DNA of 64,000 nucleotides, taken from Microthyrium microscopicum. Its lineage: Eukaryota. Under the pieces are notes generated by a model. The model made no database searches. It was not told where the DNA came from and saw only the letters and a program-made list of their open reading frames with translations. The translations under genes were made by a program, and so were the position numbers. This document shows, piece by piece, positions 12,889 to 21,554 of the stretch. How positions within the stretch are numbered: position 1 is the stretch's first letter; the number at the start of each line of letters is the position of its first letter. Where the stretch lies: the NCBI GenBank assembly GCA_010405405.1, contig MU004237.1, positions 1,809,345 to 1,873,344 of the forward strand, in the 5' to 3' direction.

Positions 12889-13098
12889 TACAGTATTAGG
12901 ATTCTTGAAGATTCTCTGCCTTACTTGAACCCTTCATCTCTTTGTATCAGAGCACGGCGCAGCGGCGCAGCGGCGCTTATGGCTTTCATACCCAACATAT
13001 TCTCTCCAATATCGTGCCAATGGATTTATCTATATTCTAGAGGCTAAGAGCCAACAACAACAGATCAGCCTGGGTACTGTCCTATGCCGCATTCTGTA

Positions 13099-13325
13099 CC
13101 GTTTTCTGACTTTGAGTTTACGCATTCTAGCGCCGGATTTTACGGTGATGGAAGCTTTTAGGCCTGCGCCAAAAGGGGCAAAAGGGGGTATCTAAACTCT
13201 TTAAAGGGACAACTTATGAAACTTTGTAGAGGTTTCCTCATAGAATTAGGGGTATGAAAGCCAATTAAGCCACCAATTTGGTCCAGCCCCGCGCTAGAAT
13301 GCGTAAACTCAAAGTCAGAAAACGG
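13099..13325. mobile_element. Tc1/mariner-type MITE, 227 bp, perfect 35-bp TIRs starting CCGTTT, TA TSD
   Basis: ccgttttctgactttgagtttacgcattctagcgc and its exact reverse complement at 13291-13325; TA on both flanks. Confidence 0.92.
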
Positions 13326-13379
13326 TAACTCAGAGTATCGCGCGCTAGCAATACGGCGGCTAGACCATGTATAGGATTA

Positions 13380-13790
13380 CCTAAAGGTTGGAGCATTTAA
13401 AATACAAATCGGTGTATCACTTTGTAAAAGCCTTCGGGCCAACGTTCATCGAGCCTCGACATCCTGTTCAAGAATGGATTTGTTACTTTTCGGAAGTGCA
13501 AAGATGAAGTTGTGGTTGTGTCATACAGCGTCCTCGGCGCCGAGAGTCGCCCAACTTCATGTCCAGTCAACTTCATCTCTCCTTTTGCATCACAACCTAG
13601 ACAAGCACTTTCCAAGTTCCAGCAGCTCGAAAATACAGGTAGAAGGATATTCATGGTACAACCCTTGGGCCATCAACTTGAACTCCCCCTCCAAGGCGCT
13701 AGAGTACCCAAAGTTCTTGATATAGAGCAACAAGCTCAGGGGTAGCTGAGCTCGAGTTTCGTGGCCTCGAGTTTCTAGCTCTTTTAAGCT
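13380..13790 (-). pseudogene. Possible decayed coding remnant, family unidentified
   Basis: One minus frame reads protein-like (LPLSLLLYIKNFGY...LARRLLQSDTP) but carries about four TGA stops; lies next to two MITEs. Confidence 0.25.
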
Positions 13791-14392
13791 CTGTTGTTCT
13801 ATTCGTACTTGTAGAGGTGTTTTGGTTCACAACAGTTGCAATAGACTTGTACGAATGTCGAGTTGCCAGCCTTTTGATAGATGGTCATTGCTACGAACAG
13901 CTGTTTGTGTTGCAAATCGAATCAATGCTATCGACTTGTTTGCAGAATGATAACAGATATTTTAGCTATGAGAGTATTTCCTTCTAGCTGACCATCGAAG
14001 TCTGGATAAAGCCAAGAGTGGGAGGATCCCGCACTTGTTTATTCGCCTCCTGATCGTATCGATATGATTCGTCCTCGACCACGATGATATCGTTCAGAAT
14101 CATCCAATTCGATCAGGCTGTCGAGCTAATCGTCAACTAGAATCGAAATCTGCTCTTGGAATACCATGATGATGGTTGAAATTTACCTCAGCGGTACCAA
14201 TATAATGAGCTCCTTGAAGAAGGGGCACCGGAACTCCCATGACCGTACTGAACTTCATCTTTGTAACGAGCCATCTTCAGGTGAGATTGTACATTACAAC
14301 AATACTTTCGACAGATCACAATCACCTTTTTCGTACAAAAACTCTTTTAGCAGGCGGTTGCTTGGTCGCTCCTCGATTCCTGTTTTCACGCT

Positions 14393-16675
14393 ATGCGTTC
14401 TTCACTTCTGTTCGCGGCATGTACATGTCTATGGACCCTCGTTGCGGCGCAAGAAAGTATAGGAGGCCACTCGGTCGGCGGACATGGCCATAAACACATG
14501 CACAGTCGAAATGTCAACCACGACAAACCTAAACCCAAGGCCAAGAAGCGTGAAGCCAAGAAACAGCCTCCTGTCCCTGGAGCCAACTCACAACAAAATG
14601 AGCACAATAGGAAAATCGGAGCAAAGAAGCGAGGTACAGAGAAGTATGATTTCTCATCTCTGCTTTGGGTCAAGAACGCGTCTAAGGTAGCTGCTAAATC
14701 TCATCCAAACAGAAAAAATGGAGCTAGAAAACGATCTTTGCCGAAGTATGATTTCTCATCTCTGCTCTGGGTTAAGAACATTTCCAAGGTTTTGAGCCAG
14801 CCTCATCCAAATCGAAAGAATGGAGCGAAGAAACGAGAGATTGGAAGACGCCAGACTTCCACAGATGGTTCGTGTGGAGCGGGAGTTGGTACTTGTCCTG
14901 CAGGTCAATGCTGTTCAGCTTCTGTAAGTATTATGACTTCGCAATCGAGCTTAAAGCATAGCACTGATCGAATCAGGGATGGTGTGGCGTTGGTATACAG
15001 TATTGTGCTTCTCCAGATTGCCAATTGGACTATGGTCCAGGCTGTGATGCCAACACTATACCTCCTGGAACCACAACCTCAGGTGTAGCAAGGACACAGT
15101 CAACATCTCCGAAGATTCTTTACGGTGGTGCCGGAATATATCATTGCACAGTATGCATTGTCAACACACTCAGATTCTGTGTCTAACATGCTACAGGTCC
15201 CTGGTACCATTGCCATAACTTATGATGACGGACCATACAACTATACAAGCAACGTCTTGGACTTGTTCGACAAATACAACGCAAAAGCCACGTTCTTCAT
15301 CACCGGCAACAATCTCGGAAAAGGCGAAATTGACGACCCATCCACCCCATGGCCAGCCATAATCAAACGCATGGAAAGTTCAAACCACCAAATCGCCTCA
15401 CACACTTGGAGTCATGAAGATCTGTCCGAAATCACAGCCACGCAGCTCCAAAACCAGATTTATTACAACGAAATGGCTTTCCGCAACCTTTTAGGTTATT
15501 TCCCAACCTACATGCGTCCACCCTACTCATCATGCACATCCGCCTGTTCAACTTTCCTCGGTACAGCAGGCTACCACATCTGCTATTTCGATCTCGACAC
15601 TGAGGACTATCTGCACAACGACCCAACGCAAATCCTTGTCTCGCATCTCGACGTCACTGGCAACTTATCCACCGGCAATAATCCTAAAGTCAATTCATGG
15701 CTCAGCGTCTCTCACGACATTGACTATGAGACGTCGTATGACTTGACGGAATTTATGCTCAAGACTTTTACGACCGCTGGCTTCAACATGACAACTATAG
15801 GCGACTGTCTCGGCGATCCCAAAGCAAACTGGTATCGTACGGCGGGAGGCGCCGCTGCATTCACACCAAAAGCATCAGCAACTTCATCTGCTGCCGCAAA
15901 TGCTACGGGCACAACAACAGACGGATCCTGTGGTGCCGCAAATGGTGGCTCATGTGCTAATTCCGGCTTCGGTAATTGCTGCTCAGCAAGCGGATGGTGT
16001 GGAACTGGGACAACGTACTGCGGTGATGGATGTCAAGTTGGTTACGGCACCTGTGGAAACTCCACCGCTACCTCAACCTCAGCAGCGCCAGTCAGCACAA
16101 AAGTCTCCACTGACGGGACCTGTGGCGGGACGAATGGCTACACCTGCACAAACAGTGGTTTTGGCAATTGTTGCTCAGCCGGCGGCTGGTGCGGCTCAAC
16201 TTCCGACTACTGTGGTGCAACCTGCCAGACGTCTTTCGGTACTTGTGGCTCTTCGAGTGTCGTTTCATCTGCTGGTGTGGTAGTCTCTTCTGCTGGCGCC
16301 TCTGCCGTTGGAAAAGCATCGTCAGTTGTCGGTGGCCTTGTCTCATCAGCTGGCACATCAGCGAGCACTACATCAGCGACATCGAAATCCAGCTCTGTGA
16401 CATCCTCTTCCTCGGCAAAAACAACCAGCACCACATCGTCCACGACATCCACGACATCAAAGACCTCATCCACCACTTCATCCACTGCTGCAGCTAGTAC
16501 ACTCAAAGTCAGCACGACCGGACAATGTGGCGTGGGCACTGGACTGACGTGCAAGGGATCCACCATTGGCACTTGTTGTATCCAAGCAGCGGACTTGGTT
16601 CCTGGATTGTGTATGTCTAGTATATCGTGTACGCTAATGTCTGCGTTTTGCAGGACGGCTTATGGAACTTGTTAA
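14393..16675 (+). CDS. Secreted CE4 chitin/polysaccharide deacetylase with several CBM18 (hevein) domains; introns 14924-14976, 15151-15196
   Basis: Signal peptide; TYDDGP, HTWSH, MRPPY, SHD CE4 motifs; CG..C..CCS..GWCG repeats; Ser/Thr linkers. Confidence 0.93.
14633..14836 (+). repeat. Two tandem 102-bp (34-aa) coding repeats, each ending in a tribasic site
   Basis: gaagtatgatttctcatctctgct at 14641 and 14743; KYDFSSLLWVKN...HPNRKNGA(K/R)KR occurs twice. Confidence 0.9.
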
Positions 16676-17088
16676 TTTGATAGAGTATTGAGGACTGGAA
16701 TATGAAGATGGGAGGATTTGTATGTTTGGTCTCTCGTTAAATTGATATAGCAATTACGAAATAAAGAAGAATCTTTTGATGTCCACTGCCTTTCTGACTG
16801 CAAGCTTCTGGAAAACCGGGACCATCACTTTTCGTTCAGCCTTATGCAGGGCGTGCATTTCGAAATCAGCTATTGAGTCCCCTATTGTTGCCATAGCAAA
16901 CTGCAATTGCCCAGAGTTTGGTGAGAAGTGACGGATAATCTTGGAGGTGTAAAAGCATCATCTTGCCTTCCAAAGTTTTTTTGACCTTCCAATTACCCCA
17001 CTGTGTTCTCTGCCAACTCAATAACTCGACCATTTATATTGGAATTACATCTTAGGTACCAACCCATCTGGAAATTTCAACGACGGCA

Positions 17089-18456
17089 ATGTCTCATCCA
17101 GAGACCGCCATCCTCTATGCCAGTCCCGACGATCGCATCTTTGTGATCGATATACCCACCAGCATCCAACTCGCCCAAGGACGCACGCAACGTCTACTTT
17201 CGCAAGAACCACGCGTGACACCATATCCATCCATTGAGCCAAAGACCGCTAAAGCTCGTACGAATGTTCTTGAGAGTGGCCAAGGTAAGCATTTTCCCAG
17301 ATTGGGTTCGAATAGTCCTCCAGTCAGTCTATAGCGACTACAACGAATGTTACAAGAACAACTTACTGTTACATTTCCATCAGATATATCCCTCTTTACT
17401 CTATACAACATCTATCGACCTAGACTAACAACCACAGGCCTCCTAGGCGACGACACAGCCCGCGAAGCAACCATAACCAACGCTCTCACCCACATATCCA
17501 ACCTAACCATCCCATTCCTCCACCCACGAGCAACCCCAAAAACCCACCCAAAACTCCCACCCACCCTCTTCCCATCCCTCCTAACAGCCGCCCAAACAAT
17601 CCACGCCGCCACAAAACCAAGCTCCTCCCACGACAAAGCAACCTGGGCCCCCTGGACACCACACCACATCAACAACACCGACTCTTCCCTCCCCTTATAT
17701 ATCCGCACACCACCACCACCGCCATCCACATCTACCAGCGATCATACCCCAACAGTACAAACATTCACCCTCCCACCAAACTCAAGCACAACCCAAACAA
17801 CCCTCCCCCTCCCAACCCCAACCCACGCCCCCACACCCACCACCGGCTTCCACCTAATAACCCTCGACGCCCCGTGGCCGAACCGCTCCGCCCGCCGCGC
17901 ACACCACTATGCCACCACGCGGCTCAAGGATGTGCGGACGTTACTTTCCGGCTTGAATTTGGATGCGCATATGGCTTATGATGGTAGGACGGTTGTTGGT
18001 GTGTGGGTTACGAATAGTTTGGCTGTGAGGGAAATTGTCTGCGGCGAAAGCGAGGGAAGTATGAATGGAAAAGGTGGTGGTGCAGGCGATGCGGGCTGGC
18101 TAGCAGAGTGTGGATTACGGGTATTTGAAGAGTGGGTTTGGGTGAAGACTACGAGTGCAGGAGAGGCGGTTTGTAGTGTGGAGAGTGTATGGCGGAAACC
18201 GTATGAGATTTTCGTGCTTGCGAGGGAGTTTGATGGTGAAGAGGGTGAGGAGGAAGAGGAGGTTGTTAGGAGGGTGATATTTGGGTGTGCGGATTTGCAT
18301 TCGCGGAAACCGCATTTGAAGGAGTTGTTGGAACGGGTGGTGGATTTGCCGGATGGTTATGAGGGGTTGGAGATATTTGCGAGGGGTGCGACTGCTGGAT
18401 GGCATGCCTGGGGAGATGAGGCACTGTTGTTCAATTGGGATGGGTTTTGGGAATGA
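17089..18456 (+). CDS. MT-A70 family (METTL4-like) adenine methyltransferase; intron 17285-17437
   Basis: IDIPTSI..AQ, LDAPWPNRS, VWVTN, EEWVWVKTT, RKPYE, HSRKP, LEIFAR, GWHAWGDE motifs. Confidence 0.9.
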
Positions 18457-18586
18457 AGAGATTGTATTATTATATAGTGTGTGATTACTGCTTAGCGATG
18501 GCTTGAGAAAGCATGTACTAGTACCTGAAAATACCCATTAGCATAATGATCATCAACAATTTGAGATAGTTTGATGGGTTTGTGTG

Positions 18587-18663
18587 GTTGTCAGGTCTCC
18601 AAGGAAATACTCTACATAAAAGTTCGGAAAGAACGCAGCGATTTCTTTTTTCTCATCATCCAA
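18587..18663 (-). ncRNA. Box C/D snoRNA, U55/SNORD55-like, with an additional 5.8S guide
   Basis: C box ATGATGA (18659-18653), D' CCGA, D CTGA (18594-18591); TCGCTGCGTTCTT is antisense to 5.8S AAGAACGCAGCGA; CCTTGGAGAC is antisense to LSU GTCTCCAAGG. Confidence 0.85.
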
Positions 18664-18819
18664 AGGATTGGGGCGGAAAGGGTTGAGCTTACCTTTCTTG
18701 TCAACCTACAGGTTGGGATATCATTCATTATCTGCCAGTAGAAAGTGTTAGTCAAACGCTCACAGACACAGTTTTGTGCGACGGCTATGTTGATATGCCA
18801 CAGACAGCAATTGCTATCT

Positions 18820-18974
18820 TGAGTCAGGCTGTAAGTTGTTAGTCATTGGCCACGTCAAATGTGACGGGATTGCATACCTCATTAAATCAGAATTTTCAGT
18901 GTTGATAATATCACAGAGGAAGTGTTGTTTAGGCACGACCAAATCAAACAGTGTGAATGTTGATCATCATACAA
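18820..18974 (-). ncRNA. snR51: Box C/D snoRNA, snR51 homologue, interrupted by a 49-nt intron (18877-18829)
   Basis: C box ATGATGA (18970-18964); ATTCACACTG-t-TTGA(D') fits LSU Um2729; after splicing CTGATTTAATGAG|C-CTGA(D, 18827-18824) fits SSU Am100. Confidence 0.85.
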
Positions 18975-19070
18975 GGCAATGTGTTGCGTTGAGAAAGACT
19001 TTTTACTCACTGCTCCAAGTTAGCAGATAGTCTCGCAAAGCTTGAAGCAAAGATGGCATGTTGAAGTTTG

Positions 19071-19200
19071 AAAATCAGCTGACGAGTTCTCAACAAGTAC
19101 TTCCCGCCCGTCACCCACAGAGTTTGTACGCTCTGATACGAGGAGTGGGAGCTAAGGGGTACACATCTGTCCGCCCGTTCGTTCAAAGTTCGTCATGTAG
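19071..19200 (-). ncRNA. snR70: Box C/D snoRNA, snR70 homologue
   Basis: C box ATGACGA (19196-19190), D CTGA (19078-19075); ACGGGCGG-a-CAGA(D')-TGTGTAC is antisense to SSU GTACACACCGCCCGT (D'+5 = yeast Cm1639); lies between snR41 and snR51 as in yeast. Confidence 0.82.
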
Positions 19201-19301
19201 AAGGTTGGTTGGGGTTGAGGAGTTGATGATGGCATACCTATCGTCAACAATGTTAGCTTTCAATCTTGGCATGGAGAGAAGAAATCTGTGCTGTTTGTTT
19301 G

Positions 19302-19393
19302 CGGTTCATACAAGGCTGAAACTTATGCAGGAAATATCGACATGGAAATTCAGGACGAGGAATGCCAATTCACGGTCCGGTATAATCAAAACC
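19302..19393 (-). ncRNA. snR41: Box C/D snoRNA, snR41 homologue
   Basis: C box TTGATTA, D' CTGA (19353-19350), D ATGA (19309-19306); TAAGTTTCAGCCTTG is antisense to SSU CAAGGCTGAAACTTA (D+5 = yeast Gm1126); TTCCTCGT before D' fits Am541. Confidence 0.85.
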
Positions 19394-19539
19394 AAAGAGT
19401 GTGTGGAGAATGAGATGGGGAAAAGCTTACCTTTACAATTTAACTACGTGGCGGGCATGGCGACAAGGACTGAATGAAAGCTCTATAATAGCGTTAGCTG
19501 ATGCAGAATGTTGCCAACATGAATGGAAAAGAGTTGAAT

Positions 19540-19616
19540 GAGTTCAGAGTAATTCTAGAGTTAATTATGCTCCTCATAATTTTTAGGAGTTGGATTGTTA
19601 TACGTTCATCCTTGTG
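19540..19616 (-). ncRNA. Box C/D snoRNA, U45/SNORD45-like, with a probable second LSU guide
   Basis: C box AGGATGA (19612-19606), D box CTGA (19547-19544); CTCTAGAATTAC is antisense to SSU GTAATTCTAGAG (D+5 = human Am159 equivalent); AACAATCCAAC is antisense to LSU GTTGGATTGTT. Confidence 0.82.
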
Positions 19617-20164
19617 TGGGGAGGGTGGAGATGGCGGTGTCGACTTACCAAGTCTTTGTGAGTAAGAAAAACATGCTCTAGAGCTTTCGTATCAATGGCC
19701 AGCCATGATAGCGATGACAGGGCCAAATGCGCTGATGGCAAGTTGGTTGGAGGCAGTGGATGGTGGAGTGAAAAAAGTTTGGAGCTGGGGCTTCGTGGTG
19801 CTGAGGTTGGGGAAATTTCGGAGAGCGCTAGGCCATTTTAGACTTAGCGTCAATCGTTGACTTCTAGTGTAATTTCCTGGTCTCGGTCGTAAGTTGTAAC
19901 CATCTGACCATTGCAGTATCAAGACGAACAAATGGCCCTCGTGTAATTACCATTCATGTGGGATCGTCAATATTACAGTATACAGATGAAACATATATCA
20001 CTAGGCTATCATTTAGTAAGTTGCTACTAACATAAATTTTCCCAACCATGGTATCAAAATCTCCTAGAAGAGCAAACAGCCACCCAAACCGTGACCCATA
20101 GACCATCCATCGCAGATCCAACGCCGAACGCAATGCATACCATTTTTCACATCCCTATCATAGC

Positions 20165-21554
20165 TCAATTCGTCAACAGATCTCTCACACTCATACTCCG
20201 CCCACCGCCAGCCTGACCCTGCCCACCACTCGCAGAAGCCGAACTCGCACTCCCGCGCTCACTCCAGCTCCTCCGATCCGTATTCAGCAAAAGTAACGCC
20301 GCCGTCGCCTCCTGGTCTTCACTCTGCGGCGCGATGACCGGACTTGTCAAATTCAACGGCGCAAAACCTGAATGCGCATGACTCGTAAACACAGGACTTG
20401 ACAGCGCAGACCCCGCGCCAGTAGGCGGAGGCGGTAGATAGGCATATGAGTTGGCGCGTGTATGTGGACTATGGCTCATTGGTGGTAGGGTAGGTGAGAT
20501 GGATGGTAGACGGCGTGATGATTGTTGGGGTGGTTGAGGGTGGGAGAATGGGTTTTGCAGAACAGAGGGGTTTTGCTGCGTGTTTTGCTGCGCGTTCTGC
20601 TGTGCAGTGGCGAGGACTTGGCGGATTGGTGGGAGGTCTTTCATGTCAGTGTCTTGTTGGTGGACGACGGATGAGGAGCGTGTGGAGGGATGGGTTGATG
20701 GGTGGGTGGGGACGGATGGGCATTGGTCGTGTGCGGATTTTAGGTCTGAAAGACAGGATTCTAGGTAGCGCATGTATTCGATGCTGGCCTGAGAGAAGGG
20801 TTAGTCTCAGGTAGGAGTAGGAAGGTAGGATAGGACGTACTTGAAGGATGGCGAGTTTGTGCATTTCTTGGCCCGTACATGCTGGTATCATATCTTTCAA
20901 GACGCCGAATTCTTCGTTCATCTTGGATCGTCTTCGTCGTTCGATCAGGCTGTGGGCAGTCTTGCGGGCCATCTTGCGGCCGGCGGCGGTGTTTGGTGGA
21001 CCGGATGGTTGTTTTCGTTTTGTCCCTGATGGAGGGTTGGTACCAGTGGCTGTTATAGTTGTAGTAGTCGAGTTCTTTGAAAGAACGACCGCTGGTGCAA
21101 TCATGGTTTGTGATTTTGAACCTCGAGTATTGGTGGATTTGGTAGATATCAATGGCTCTGTAACTTCGTCTTGTTCGTTCCGCGGTCTCATCTGAATTAT
21201 TTTACGATTCCTGGTTGGAGGAGGTGGTAGAGTATAGTCCATTTGTTGAGAGTTTGGTCCATTAGAAGCACTGCTTTTACGCTTAGAGGTACTCGAATTC
21301 CTTGCTTTTGGCCCGGATGGGGGCGGTGATACAGGGGAATATGAAGAGTCGGAGGTTTGATTTCCACTCGATATGATTGATGGGGTACGAGTATTTGGGG
21401 TACTTGAGATAGCAGCTGGCGGCAAAGCAAAAGAGCTATCAACTGGAGATGCTAGAGATACAGACTTTGCTTGTATCTCCGAGGAGGGAGCTGGTGTTAA
21501 AAGTCCAGCATTGGATGCTGAAGAAGCAGCTGCAGAAGTTCTTGGTTTTGGCAT
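20165..21554 (-). CDS. bHLH transcription factor (possibly SclR/UrdA-like); intron 20789-20840
   Basis: KTAHSLIERRRRSKMNEEF..LKDMIPAC..HKLAILQ|ASIEYMRYLE; C-terminal MSVRDLL. Confidence 0.92.

Larger units (their letters stand above)
18480..19800 (-). ncRNA. Non-coding snoRNA host gene with five snoRNA-bearing introns: 19648-19483, 19430-19238, 19237-19010, ~19009-18732, 18692-18525 (transcript ends approximate)
   Basis: Donors GTAAGT, GTAAGC, GTATGC, (G)TGAGT, GTAAGC; branch sites GCTAAC x3, ACTAAC, GCTAAT; YAG acceptors; short exons with no credible ORF; each intron has C/D boxes and an rRNA-antisense element. Confidence 0.88.

Noticed and set aside
12865..13047. ORF MQMKQKLRYSIR...
   Set aside because: Artefact of the MITE right TIR reading outward into non-coding DNA
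17295..17330. GGTTCGAAT tRNA T-loop-like motif in the MT-A70 intron
   Set aside because: No cloverleaf, acceptor stem or A box could be built
19058..19477. 139-aa plus-strand ORF, and the 79-aa ORF at 19692-19931
   Set aside because: They lie antisense to, or over the first exon of, the snoRNA host gene and show no recognisable protein motifs
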